Assembly: GCA_963749075.1 (NCBI GenBank)
Contig: CAVVLJ010000020.1
Location: forward strand, 256,001 to 320,000
DNA length: 64,000 nucleotides
Origin: an uncultured Pseudomonadota bacterium
GTDB taxonomy: Bacteria; Pseudomonadota; Alphaproteobacteria; JACZXZ01
Direction: 5' to 3'
Shown: positions 1 through 9,793 of the stretch, one piece after another
Numbering within the stretch: the first letter of the stretch is position 1
How the letters are laid out: the number at the start of each line of letters is the position of its first letter
Program-made: the position numbers and the translations under genes
Notes under the pieces: generated by a model
Told to the model about the DNA's origin: nothing
The model's input: the letters and a program-made list of their open reading frames with translations, nothing else
Databases searched by the model: none

Positions 1-80
1 GGGCTCCGCGGCGGCGCTGCCGTGCGCGTGCCGGCCGCCTCCGCAAGCCTCCGCGATCCTGCACCCATGGATGTATCGGG

Positions 81-1019
81 ATGATCGAAGTTCAATCGCT
101 CACCAAGCATTTCGGCCCCATCGTCGCCGTGGAGAACGTGAGCTTCGCGGTCGGCCGCGGCGAGGTGCTCGGCTTCCTGGGTCCCAATGGTGCCGGCAAG
201 TCGACGACGATGAAGATGATCGCGGGCTTTCTGACGCCCACGAGCGGCGTCGCCAAGGTGTGCGGCTTCGACGTGCTCGAGCAGCCGATCGAGGTCAAGA
301 CGCGCATCGGCTACCTGCCGGAGGGCGCACCGCTCTATGCCGACATGACGCCGAGGAGCTTCCTCGCCTTCATCGCCGCGGCGCGCGGCTTCCGCGGCGC
401 CGAGGCGCGCCGGCGCATCGACGCCGCCGCCGAGGAGACCGAGATACTCGCGGTGTTCGACCGCCCGATCGACACCCTCTCCAAGGGCTACAAGCGTCGC
501 GTGGGCCTGGCCCAGGCGCTCCTCCACGACCCCGAGGTGCTCATCCTCGACGAGCCGACCGACGGCCTCGACCCCAATCAGAAGCACGAGGTGCGCACGC
601 TCATCCGCGAGATGGCGCCGCGCAAGACCATCGTCATCTCGACCCACCTGCTCGACGAGGTGAGCGCCGTCTGCACGCGCGCCATCGTCATCGCCGGCGG
701 CAGGCTGGTGGTCGATTCGACGCCGGCCGAGCTCGAGGGCCGCTCGCGGCTCCACAATGCGGTGTCCTTGCGCCTCGCCGGCCTGGGGCTCGCCGAGGCG
801 AGCTCCCATCTCGCAAGCGTGCCCGGCGTCGCCGGCCTCGATGCGCGCGAGACCGTGGGCGACGTCATCGGGCTTACGCTCTATGCCGAGGACGGCCGGA
901 CGATCGTCGCCGAGGTGAGCCGCCTCATCCACGAGCGCGGCTGGACGGTCGAGGAGATCCGCGTCGAGCAAGGCCAGCTCGACGAGGTGTTCCGCGAGAT
1001 CACCGCTGGCCGCAGCTAA
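81..1019 (+). CDS. ABC transporter ATP-binding protein (GldA-like)
   Basis: Walker A GPNGAGKST, signature LSKGYKRR, Walker B LILDEPT; first gene of a GldA/F/G-type cluster. Confidence 0.9.
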   Translation: MIEVQSLTKHFGPIVAVENVSFAVGRGEVLGFLGPNGAGKSTTMKMIAGFLTPTSGVAKVCGFDVLEQPIEVKTRIGYLPEGAPLYADMTPRSFLAFIAAARGFRGAEARRRIDAAAEETEILAVFDRPIDTLSKGYKRRVGLAQALLHDPEVLILDEPTDGLDPNQKHEVRTLIREMAPRKTIVISTHLLDEVSAVCTRAIVIAGGRLVVDSTPAELEGRSRLHNAVSLRLAGLGLAEASSHLASVPGVAGLDARETVGDVIGLTLYAEDGRTIVAEVSRLIHERGWTVEEIRVEQGQLDEVFREITAGRS

Positions 1020-1027
1020 TACCGGGA

Positions 1028-1157
1028 ATCATTGATGTGCGTTCCACCCCCCTCCCTAACCCTCCCCCTCAAGGGTGGAGGGGACATGCATGGCATGGCA
1101 ACAAGCTTCTCCCTCCCCCTCGAAGGGGGAGGGTGGGGAGGGGGTGTCTCATGCTTC
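1028..1157 (+). repeat. Palindromic REP/RPE-like element, family A copy 1
   Basis: C-rich/G-rich hairpins (CCCTCCCCCTCAAGGG...GAGGG); reverse complement closely matches 5132-5256. Confidence 0.8.
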
Positions 1158-1213
1158 AACGATGGTAGTCTAGGGAGCAGTGCGGTCGATCGGGCAGGCG
1201 AGAGGGTGTCGAG

Positions 1214-1957
1214 ATGAGAGGCCTCTGCAATATCTATGCGGTGTTCCGCCGCGAATTCGCCGCCTATTTCACGACGCCGCTGGCCTACGTCTTCCTCGTC
1301 GTCTTCCTCGCCCTCGCGGGTGCCCTCACCTTCTATATCGGCAACTTTTTCACGCGCGAGCAGGCCGACCTCGAGCCCTTCTTCACCTTCCACCCGTGGC
1401 TCTATCTCTTCCTCATCCCGGCGATCTCGATGCGCCTCTGGGCCGAGGAGCGCAAGACGGGCACCGCCGAGCTTCTGCTGACGCTGCCGCTCACCATCCC
1501 CGAGGCGGTGATCGGCAAGTTCCTCGCTGCCTGGGCCTTCACCGCCGTGGCGCTGGCCCTCACCTTCCCCATCTGGATCTCGGTCAATGTCCTCGGGCGG
1601 CCCGACAACGGCGTCATCGTGGCGGGCTATCTCGGCAGCTTCGTCATGGCGGGCGCCTTTCTCGCGGTCGGCTCCTGCATGTCCGCCCTCACCAAGAACC
1701 AGGTCGTCGCCTTCGTGCTCGCCTGCGTCGCCTGCTTTCTCTTCATCCTCTCCGGCACGCCGATGGTGCTCGGCTTCGCCGGGAGCTGGCTGCCGCAGGT
1801 GCTGGTCGACACCATCGCCTCCTTCAGCTTCCTCACCCACTTCAATGCGATCAAGAAAGGCGTCATCGATTTGCGCGACGTGATCTTCCTCGCCTCGCTC
1901 ATCGTGCTCTTTCTCTATGCGAACGTGATTCTGGTCGACCTCAAGAAGGCGGCATAG
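1214..1957 (+). CDS. ABC-2 type permease (GldF-like)
   Basis: Hydrophobic, with the MRLWAEERKTGTAELLLTLP motif typical of the GldF family. Confidence 0.9.
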   Translation: MRGLCNIYAVFRREFAAYFTTPLAYVFLVVFLALAGALTFYIGNFFTREQADLEPFFTFHPWLYLFLIPAISMRLWAEERKTGTAELLLTLPLTIPEAVIGKFLAAWAFTAVALALTFPIWISVNVLGRPDNGVIVAGYLGSFVMAGAFLAVGSCMSALTKNQVVAFVLACVACFLFILSGTPMVLGFAGSWLPQVLVDTIASFSFLTHFNAIKKGVIDLRDVIFLASLIVLFLYANVILVDLKKAA

Positions 1958-1975
1958 TCGAATGGGCCTCCGCGC

Positions 1976-3967
1976 ATGATGACCCCGCACCGGCTCGACC
2001 GCACGGCGCTCTCGCTCCTCGGCTTGGCGCTTGCGGTCACCCTCTTCTTCGCGATCAACATCTTCGCCAACGCCGCGTTCAAGGGCTGGACCCTCGATCT
2101 CACAGAGGGTGGGCTCTACACGCTCTCGGGAGGCACGCGGCAGCTCTTAGCCAATCTCAAGGAGCCGCTCACGCTGCGCTTCTACTTCTCGCAGCGCCTC
2201 GCCGACGCGGTGCCGAGCTACGGCAACTACGCCTCGCGCGTGCGCGAGCTGCTCGAGCGCTACGCCAGCCTCTCCGACGGCAAGATCCGCCTCGAGTTCT
2301 ACAATCCCGAGCCGTTCTCCGATGCCGAGGACCGCGCGGTCTCCTTCGGGCTGCAGGGCGTGCCGGTGGGCAGCTCCGGCGACCAGGTCTATTTCGGCCT
2401 CGCGGCCACCAACAGCACGGACGACGAGGAGATCATCCCCTTCTTCCAGCCGGACCGCGAGCGCTTCCTCGAGTACGACGTGAGCAAGCTGATCGCCAAC
2501 TTGGCCAACCCGAAGAAGAAGGCGATCGGCCTCATAAGCTCGCTCCCCATGGGCGGCTCCTTCGGCAACCCCATGATGGGCCAGGCGACGGTGCAGCCGT
2601 GGATCGTGATGAGCGAGATGCGCCAGCAGTTCACCGTGCGCGAGCTCGGCGAGAATCCAGACGCCATCGACAAGGACATCGACGTCCTCATGATCGTCCA
2701 TCCCAAGGCGCTCACCGAGAAGGCGCAGTTCGCCATCGACCAGTACGTGCTCGGCGGCGGCCGCGCCCTCGTCTTCGTCGACCCCAACGCCGAGTCCGAC
2801 ACCGGCCCCAGCCCCATGATGATGACCGGCGCCTCGAGCTCGGACTTGAAGCGCCTCTTCGCGGCCTGGGGCATCGAGCTGGTGCCCGACAAGGTGGCCG
2901 GCGACCGCGAGCTCGCGACGCGCGTGCAGGCGCCCATCAACGGGCGCAGCCAGGCGATCGACTACATAGCCTGGCTCTCCCTCGAGCAGGCCAATCTCAA
3001 CCGCGACGACGTGGTGACGGCCGACCTCTCGAGCCTCCTGATGGCGACCCCGGGCATCCTCGAGAAGAAGAAGGGCGCCGCCGTCACCTTCACGCCGCTC
3101 GTCCAGACGGACGACGACGCGACCGAGATACCGGCGGACAAGCTGCGCCTCTTCCCCGATTTCTTGAGCCTGCTTGCCAATTACAAAGCCGTCGGCCATC
3201 CCTTGACCTTGGCGGCGCGCGTGCAGGGCATGGTCAAGACCGCCTTTCCCGACGGCCCTCCCGGTGCCGCCAAGGAGACGGCGAAGACGGCGGCGCCAGG
3301 CGAAAAGCCGGCCGATAAACCGGCCGAGAAGCCGGGCGAGACGAAGGCGGCGGACAAGCCGGAGCCGGCCAAGCCGGCAAGCTGGCTCAAGGAGTCGGCG
3401 AAACCGATCAACGTGATCGTGGTCGCCGACACCGACATGCTGAGCGACCGCTTCTGGGTGCGCACCCAGGACTTCTTCGGCCAGCAGGTCGTGCAGCCGA
3501 CCGCCGGCAACGGCGACTTCGTGATCAACGCGCTCGACAATCTCGCGGGCTCCGAGGCGCTCATCGGCCTGCGCGGCCGCGGGCTCTCGGCGCGGCCCTT
3601 CGAGCTCGTGCAGCGCCTGCGCGCCAAGGCCGATGCGCGCTATCTCGCCAAGGCGCAGGAGCTGCAGGACCGGCTCAAGGACGCCGAGAAGAAGCTCGCC
3701 TCCCTCCAGAAGGAGGGCGATGCCGGCTCCCACCAGATCCTGACGGCGGCCCAGCAGGGGGAGATCGACAAGTTCCGCGGCGAGATGCTGACGACGCGCA
3801 AGTCCTTGCGCGAGGTGCAGCGGGCACTCCGCGTCAATATCGAGCGGCTCGACGAGCTCCTCAAGTTCATCAACATCGCACTCGTGCCGATCCTCGTCGG
3901 CATCGCCGCGATCGCGGTGGCCGTCGTGCGCGCGGCGCGCCGGCGCCGGCGCTACGGCACCGCCTGA
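1976..3967 (+). CDS. GldG-family ABC transporter auxiliary component
   Basis: N-terminal TM, DLTEGGLYTLS and IDQYVLGGG motifs, C-terminal coiled coil plus TM. Confidence 0.88.
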   Translation: MMTPHRLDRTALSLLGLALAVTLFFAINIFANAAFKGWTLDLTEGGLYTLSGGTRQLLANLKEPLTLRFYFSQRLADAVPSYGNYASRVRELLERYASLSDGKIRLEFYNPEPFSDAEDRAVSFGLQGVPVGSSGDQVYFGLAATNSTDDEEIIPFFQPDRERFLEYDVSKLIANLANPKKKAIGLISSLPMGGSFGNPMMGQATVQPWIVMSEMRQQFTVRELGENPDAIDKDIDVLMIVHPKALTEKAQFAIDQYVLGGGRALVFVDPNAESDTGPSPMMMTGASSSDLKRLFAAWGIELVPDKVAGDRELATRVQAPINGRSQAIDYIAWLSLEQANLNRDDVVTADLSSLLMATPGILEKKKGAAVTFTPLVQTDDDATEIPADKLRLFPDFLSLLANYKAVGHPLTLAARVQGMVKTAFPDGPPGAAKETAKTAAPGEKPADKPAEKPGETKAADKPEPAKPASWLKESAKPINVIVVADTDMLSDRFWVRTQDFFGQQVVQPTAGNGDFVINALDNLAGSEALIGLRGRGLSARPFELVQRLRAKADARYLAKAQELQDRLKDAEKKLASLQKEGDAGSHQILTAAQQGEIDKFRGEMLTTRKSLREVQRALRVNIERLDELLKFINIALVPILVGIAAIAVAVVRAARRRRRYGTA

Positions 3968-3985
3968 AGGGGGAGGCAGCCCAAG

Positions 3986-5098
3986 ATGAAGCCGAGAACG
4001 CTTGCCATCCTCGCGATCGTCACGCTCATCTTCGCGACAGCCGCCATCGTGGTCTCGAGCCGCACGCCGGCCTATAGGAGCGGCACGGGCGGGCAGCTCG
4101 TCTTCCCCGACTTGGCCGCCCACGTCAACGATGCGGCCAAGATCACCGTGCAGACCGCGGAGCAGAAGTTCAGCATCGTGCGCACCGGCAAGGGCTGGGC
4201 GGTTGCCGACAAATACGGCTATCCCGCCAAGTTCGACCTGGTGCGGCAGACGCTCGTCGGTCTCGCCCAGCTCAAGACGGTCGAGGCCAAGACCGCCGAG
4301 CCAGCACTCTATCCCCGCCTCGAGGTCGAGGACATCAGCCAGAAGGACGCCAAGGGCGAGCTCTTGACGCTCGAGGATGCCAAGGGCGAGAAGCTCGCCA
4401 GCGTCATCCTCGGCAAGCGCCACTACGGCCGCGGCGCCGATCAGGCGGTCGAGCTCTATGTGCGCAAGGCGGGCGAGGCGCAATCATGGCTCTCGACCGG
4501 CACGCTCGAGCGCAACGACGATCTCAAGCCCTGGCTCGTGCGCGACGTGGCGGCGCTCGAGCGCGACCGGGTGCGCGAGGTGACGGTGACGCCGGCCGGC
4601 GACAAGGCCTATACGCTCAGCAAGGCGAAGCCGGGCGAGGGCGACTTCACCCTCTCCGACGTGCCGCCCGACGACAAGGCGAAGTCGGCCTACGAGCTCA
4701 ACTCCGTGGCGGGCGCCTTGGGCCTCCTCCTCCTCGACGACGTGCTGCCGGCCAAGGACCTCAAGCCCGACGCCAAGCTCCTCACCACGCTCGACTACAA
4801 GAGCTTCGACGGCCTCACCGTCGAGCTGGCGCTCTACGAGCAGGACGGCAAGAAGTGGGCCAAGCTCAAGGCGTCCTACAGCGCCGAGCCGCCGCCCGCC
4901 GCCCCCGCCGAAGCGGCCAAGAGCGCCGCGGCGCCGCCCACGCTCAAGAGCGCCGAGGAGGTCAAGAAGGAGGCGGACGCGATTGACGCGCGCGGCAAGG
5001 ATTGGCTGTTCGGCCTGGCCGCGAGCGACGTCGTCAACCTCGAGAAGAAGCTCTCCGACCTCGTCGAGCCCAAGGACAAGACCAAGCCGAAGTCGTGA
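3986..5098 (+). CDS. DUF4340-like membrane-anchored periplasmic protein
   Basis: N-terminal TM, YVRKAGE motif, usual position after the GldG-like gene. Confidence 0.75.
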   Translation: MKPRTLAILAIVTLIFATAAIVVSSRTPAYRSGTGGQLVFPDLAAHVNDAAKITVQTAEQKFSIVRTGKGWAVADKYGYPAKFDLVRQTLVGLAQLKTVEAKTAEPALYPRLEVEDISQKDAKGELLTLEDAKGEKLASVILGKRHYGRGADQAVELYVRKAGEAQSWLSTGTLERNDDLKPWLVRDVAALERDRVREVTVTPAGDKAYTLSKAKPGEGDFTLSDVPPDDKAKSAYELNSVAGALGLLLLDDVLPAKDLKPDAKLLTTLDYKSFDGLTVELALYEQDGKKWAKLKASYSAEPPPAAPAEAAKSAAAPPTLKSAEEVKKEADAIDARGKDWLFGLAASDVVNLEKKLSDLVEPKDKTKPKS

Positions 5099-5131
5099 GG
5101 GCCGGGGCGCATTGCCCGGACTCATCGGCGC

Positions 5132-5256
5132 GAAGCATACCCCCCTCCCCAACCCTCCCCCTCGAGGGGCGAGGGGGAAGCTTGTTGCCATGCGATACAC
5201 ATCCCCTCCCCCCTTGAGGGGGAGGGTTAGGGTGGGGGGTGACGGGCATCAATGAT
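5132..5256 (-). repeat. Palindromic REP/RPE-like element, family A copy 2 (inverted relative to copy 1)
   Basis: Shares the AAGCTTGTTGCCATGC core and both flanks with the reverse complement of 1028-1157. Confidence 0.8.
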
Positions 5257-6384
5257 ATGAGGCGTCCACGCCGACGGCTCAAGACCGCGGGCGTCGCTGC
5301 GGCGGCGCTCATCGCACTGGGGCTCGCCGCCTTTTGGCTGGCACTCGCTCCGCCGCGCGCGCTCGAGGCCGCCGCCCTCCTCTTCGAGCTTGCGAGCGGC
5401 CGCGTGCCGGCATTGGTACCCGCTGCCGCGAGCTGGCAGAGCCAGGGCGGCAGCTATCAGGGCGACCTCTACCGTCCGCCTGGGGGCGCCCGTGCCGCAC
5501 TCCTCCTCGTTCCCGGTGCCGCCGAGACGGGCAAGGACGATCCCCGTCTCGTGGCCTTCGCGCGCGGCCTGGCCGACCACGGCTTCCTCGTGCTCGTGCC
5601 CGACCTGCCGGGACCCAAGGCGCTCCGCGTCGGCCATGAGGACATTCCCGAGATCAGAGACGCCGCCGCCTATCTCGCGGGCCTGCCCCACGGCCAAGGG
5701 CCGCTCGGCATCGCCGCCATCTCCTATGGCGTGGGGCCCGCGATCCTCGCGGCACTCGAGCCGGGCATGGGCAAGGTCGTGGGCTTCCTCGTCTGCATCG
5801 GGGGCTATTACGACTCCACCAGCGTCATTACCTTCTTCACCACCGGCTATTGGCGCGCCGCACCGGGGGCGCCCTGGCAGCTCGGCAAGCCCAACGCCTA
5901 CGGCAAATGGGTCTTCGTGCTGGCCAATGCCGTCCGCCTCGACTCCGCCGCCGACCGCGAGCGTCTCGCCCGCCTGGCCTGGACGAAGCTCCATGACCTC
6001 AATGCGGACACGTCGGCGCTCGAGCCAACCCTCGGCCCCCAGGGACGTGCTGTGATGGCGCTCCTCGACAACCGCGACCCCGCCAAGGTGCCAGCGCTCA
6101 TCGCGACGCTGCCCGAGCGCATCTCGGCCGAGATCGCCGCCCTCGACCTCGCGGACAAGGACCTCTCCCGCCTCCACGCCCAGGTGCTGCTCATCCACGG
6201 CCGCGACGACGCCATCGTGCCCTATAGCGAGAGCGTCGACCTTGCCGCGGCTCTCGGGCCCCGCGCGCATCTCTATATCCTCGCACACCTCGCCCATGCC
6301 AGCCTCTCGCCGGGCGATCTCGCCGACGCCCTGGTGCTGCGGCGCGCAGCCGAGCGACTTCTTGGCTTGCGGGACGGCGGCTGA
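5257..6384 (+). CDS. Alpha/beta hydrolase with N-terminal signal or TM segment
   Basis: Nucleophile elbow AISYG, HGRDDAIVP acid motif, C-terminal His; start chosen at ATG 5257. Confidence 0.75.
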   Translation: MRRPRRRLKTAGVAAAALIALGLAAFWLALAPPRALEAAALLFELASGRVPALVPAAASWQSQGGSYQGDLYRPPGGARAALLLVPGAAETGKDDPRLVAFARGLADHGFLVLVPDLPGPKALRVGHEDIPEIRDAAAYLAGLPHGQGPLGIAAISYGVGPAILAALEPGMGKVVGFLVCIGGYYDSTSVITFFTTGYWRAAPGAPWQLGKPNAYGKWVFVLANAVRLDSAADRERLARLAWTKLHDLNADTSALEPTLGPQGRAVMALLDNRDPAKVPALIATLPERISAEIAALDLADKDLSRLHAQVLLIHGRDDAIVPYSESVDLAAALGPRAHLYILAHLAHASLSPGDLADALVLRRAAERLLGLRDGG

Positions 6385-6533
6385 GCGGCCCGCCGCCTGT
6401 GCGCGCCGTCACAGCCGCGCGCCGCAACGGCTGGGACAATCGCCCGCGCGAAATATTCCCCCGCTCGATGCCGGCCGCTTTGATCCTGGCGCGTACCAAG
6501 CTAATAATGGGCGGTCCCGACCGGAGAGTGGCG

Positions 6534-7565
6534 ATGGTCTTCTCCAGCTTGAGCGCGGTGCGGCGCTTCCTGGCTGGCGCGCTCGTGGCGCTGCCGCTCG
6601 TTGCCGCCGCCGCACCGGCCGTGGCCCAGAGCGGCGATCAGGGCCGCTTCTTCCGCATCGGCACCGGCGCCTCGGGAGGCACCTATTTCCCCATCGGCGG
6701 CGTGATCGCCAGCGCCATCAGCAATCCGCCGGGTGCCCGCCCTTGCGACAAGGGCGGCAGCTGCGGCGTGCCGGGCCTCATCGCGGTCGCGCAATCGACC
6801 CAGGGCTCGGTCGAGAACGTGACGCGGATCGAACACGGCGAGCTCGAATCGGGCCTCTGCCAGGCCGACCTCGCCTATGCCGCCTATTACGGCCTCGGCC
6901 CCTTCGCCAAAAGGCCGCTCGGCAAGCTGCGCGCCATCGCCAACCTCTACCGCGAGGCCGTGCATATCGTGGTGCGCGCCGATTCGGATATCCGCAGCGT
7001 GGCCCAGCTCAAGGGCAGGCGCGTCTCGGTCGGCGAGGAAGGCTCGGGCACGCTGATCGACGCCGACGCGATCCTGGCCGCCTACAAGCTGCGGCGCAAG
7101 GACGTGCAGCTCCAGTTCCTCAAGCCCGGCCAGGCGAGCGACGCGCTGCGCGAGGGCCGCATAGACGCCTTTTTCATGGTTGCCGGCTGGCCGGTCTCGA
7201 CGGTGGCGGCCCTGGCCGAGGCCATGCCGGTCCGCCTCGTGCCCGTCGACGCCGACGCGCTGCCCAGGCTGCGCCAGACCCACCCCTTCTTCGGCATCAC
7301 CGAGATACCGGCCGGCACCTACGCGGGCGTCCCCGCCACGGACGCGGTCAGCATGGCGGCGATCTGGGTGGCCTCGGCCGATCTCGACGAGGAGCTCGTC
7401 TACGGCGTCACCAAGGCGCTGTGGGAGAAGAGCACGCGGCGTCTCCTCGACGTGGGCCATCCCGAGGGCAAGGAGATCCGCCTGGAGACGGCGCTCGACG
7501 GCCTGGCGCTCCCGCTCCACCCGGGAGCCGAGCGCTACTACCGCGAGGCCGGCATGCTCAAGTGA
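6534..7565 (+). CDS. TAXI-family TRAP transporter solute-binding protein
   Basis: IGTGASGGTYFPIGG, STQGSVEN, PLHPGAERYY; RBS GGAGAG before ATG 6534. Confidence 0.9.
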   Translation: MVFSSLSAVRRFLAGALVALPLVAAAAPAVAQSGDQGRFFRIGTGASGGTYFPIGGVIASAISNPPGARPCDKGGSCGVPGLIAVAQSTQGSVENVTRIEHGELESGLCQADLAYAAYYGLGPFAKRPLGKLRAIANLYREAVHIVVRADSDIRSVAQLKGRRVSVGEEGSGTLIDADAILAAYKLRRKDVQLQFLKPGQASDALREGRIDAFFMVAGWPVSTVAALAEAMPVRLVPVDADALPRLRQTHPFFGITEIPAGTYAGVPATDAVSMAAIWVASADLDEELVYGVTKALWEKSTRRLLDVGHPEGKEIRLETALDGLALPLHPGAERYYREAGMLK

Positions 7566-7577
7566 GGCGGCACTCCG

Positions 7578-8225
7578 TCAGCCGTAGCTGAGGGTCTCGC
7601 GCTCCGCCGCCCTGTACCACTCTTGCAGCGACTTCATGCTCCAGACTGCGTCGCGATAGGCCTCGGAGACCGGGTCGAGCGCCGGCGCATAGGTCGCGAA
7701 ACGGCTCACCACGGGTGCGAACATGGCATCCGCCGCGGTGAAATGGCCGAAGAGATAGGGCCCGCCATTGCCGTAGTGCTGGCGGCAGTTCTGCCAGATG
7801 GCCGCGATGCGGTCGATGTTCTCCTGAACCCCCGGGGCGAGGCCCTGGCCCGGCTTCCGCGCCCGCATGTCCATCGGCATGTTGGCGCGCAAGGGGGCGA
7901 AGCCCGCGTGCATCTCGGCGGAGACGGCGCGCGCCAGCGCCCGGGCGCCGGCATCGGCCGGCCACAGCCGGGCAGCGGGATAGCTCTCGGCGAGGAACTC
8001 GCAGATTGCCAGGGTCTCCCACACGGTCGTCCCTTTGTGCTTGAGGATCGGCACCGTGCCGCCGCCGCCGGGCGCGTGATGCAGGATCTCGGCCTTGGTC
8101 TCGGGCCGGCGCAAGGGCACCAGGATCTCCTCGAAGGCGGCCCCGGTGGCCTTGAGCGCCATCCAGCCGCGGAGCGACCAGGACGAGGTGTTCTTGTTGC
8201 CGATGACGATCGCGATGTCGGCCAA
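7578..8225 (-). CDS. Glutathione S-transferase family protein
   Basis: IGNKNTSSWSLRGW, VWETLAICEFL, AEMHAGF; probable TTG start with a GGAG RBS. Confidence 0.88.
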   Translation of the reverse strand: MADIAIVIGNKNTSSWSLRGWMALKATGAAFEEILVPLRRPETKAEILHHAPGGGGTVPILKHKGTTVWETLAICEFLAESYPAARLWPADAGARALARAVSAEMHAGFAPLRANMPMDMRARKPGQGLAPGVQENIDRIAAIWQNCRQHYGNGGPYLFGHFTAADAMFAPVVSRFATYAPALDPVSEAYRDAVWSMKSLQEWYRAAERETLSYG

Positions 8226-8398
8226 GGCGCTGCTCCATTGCGGCTTGCGGCAGGACGGTCTAAGCGAAGGTGCGGCCGCGCGCAAGGGCGGCGTCGAAGG
8301 CGGCGGCCGGCGGCTTCCCAATTACCCAAAAGCGCGCCATTCTAGACGTGTCCGCGGCCCTGCGGCTGCAACCTGAAGTCGGTATGAGCGAGGACCCT

Positions 8399-9793
8399 AT
8401 GACGAGCTCCCTAATCGCGGCAGCCCCACGGGAGGCTGTTCCCATCACCCCCTTGCGCGAGGCAGCGCTGGCGCGCTGGCTCGCGGGCGCCGGCCTGGCC
8501 TGGCGCGGCTGGGTCGAATCGACCGGCTTCACTGCCAAGCCCGGCGAGCTCTCGCTCGCCCCGGGAGAGAACGGCCGGCTCGCCCGCGTCCTCGTCGGCG
8601 TCGAGGAGCACCAATCGCTGTGGACGCTGGCCGGCCTGCCGCAAAGCCTGCCGGCGGGAAGCTACCGCCTCGATGCGCCGCTCGGCGCCGCCGTGGCGGG
8701 CAAGGCAGCACTCGGCTGGGCGCTCGGCAGCTACCGCTTCGAGCGCTACCGCAAGGAGGCTAAGCCGGCGGCCGTGCTCGTCTGGCCCAAGGGCGCTGAC
8801 CGCGCTGCGGTCGAGGCGGCGCGGGACGGGCTCTTCCTCGCCCGCGACCTCATCAATACGCCTGCCTCCGACATGGGCCCGGCCGAGCTCGCCGCTGCGG
8901 CACGGCAGCTCGCCGAGAAGCACGGCGCCGAGATCGCGGTGATCGAGGGCGAGGCGCTCCTCAAGCACAACTATCCCCTCATCCACGCGGTCGGCCGCGC
9001 CTCCGCGCGCGCACCTCGCCTCATCGACCTCACCTGGGGCGGCGCCGGCGATCCCAAAGTGACGCTCGTCGGCAAGGGCGTGTGCTTCGATTCGGGCGGG
9101 CTCGACCTCAAGCCCGCGGGCGGCATGCTCATGATGAAGAAGGACATGGGCGGCGCCGCGACCATGCTGGGGCTCGCCTCGATGGTCATGGCGGCCCGCC
9201 TTCCCGTGCGGCTGCGCCTCCTCGTGCCCGCGGTCGAGAACAGCGTCTCGGGCAACGCCATGCGCCCGCTCGACATCGTGAAGAGCCGCAAGGGCACGAC
9301 CGTCGAGATCGGCAACACGGACGCCGAGGGCCGCCTCGTCCTCGCCGACGCGCTCGCCGAGGCCGCGTCCGAGCGGCCGGCGCTCATCGTCGATTGCGCC
9401 ACCTTGACCGGTGCCGCGCGCGTGGCCCTCGGCCCCGAGCTGCCGGCGCTCTTCTCGAACGACGACGAGCTTGCCACGGCCCTCTTGCGCCACGGCACGG
9501 CGGAGGAGGACCCGCTCTGGCGCCTCCCACTCTGGCGCCCCTACCGGCGTCTCCTCGAGAGCAAGACCGCCGACATCAACAACGTCTCCGACGGCAGCTT
9601 CGCCGGCGCCGTCATCGCCGCCCTCTTCCTCGAGGAGTTCGTCGAGGCTTCCACCCCGTGGATGCACATCGACAGCTACGGCTGGAACGCCAAGAGCCGG
9701 CCCGGCCGGCCCGAGGGCGGCGAGGGCCTCGCCATGCGCGCCCTCTTCGCCATGCTGCGCGAGCGCTTCGGAGGGCGCGGCACGAAACGCTAA
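8399..9793 (+). CDS. Leucyl aminopeptidase (M17 family)
   Basis: VGKGVCFDSGG, MKKDMGG and NTDAEGRL metal-binding motifs. Confidence 0.95.
   Translation: MTSSLIAAAPREAVPITPLREAALARWLAGAGLAWRGWVESTGFTAKPGELSLAPGENGRLARVLVGVEEHQSLWTLAGLPQSLPAGSYRLDAPLGAAVAGKAALGWALGSYRFERYRKEAKPAAVLVWPKGADRAAVEAARDGLFLARDLINTPASDMGPAELAAAARQLAEKHGAEIAVIEGEALLKHNYPLIHAVGRASARAPRLIDLTWGGAGDPKVTLVGKGVCFDSGGLDLKPAGGMLMMKKDMGGAATMLGLASMVMAARLPVRLRLLVPAVENSVSGNAMRPLDIVKSRKGTTVEIGNTDAEGRLVLADALAEAASERPALIVDCATLTGAARVALGPELPALFSNDDELATALLRHGTAEEDPLWRLPLWRPYRRLLESKTADINNVSDGSFAGAVIAALFLEEFVEASTPWMHIDSYGWNAKSRPGRPEGGEGLAMRALFAMLRERFGGRGTKR

Noticed and set aside
3290-3385. KPA(D/E)KP repeats in the GldG-like gene
   Set aside because: Ordinary low-complexity linker
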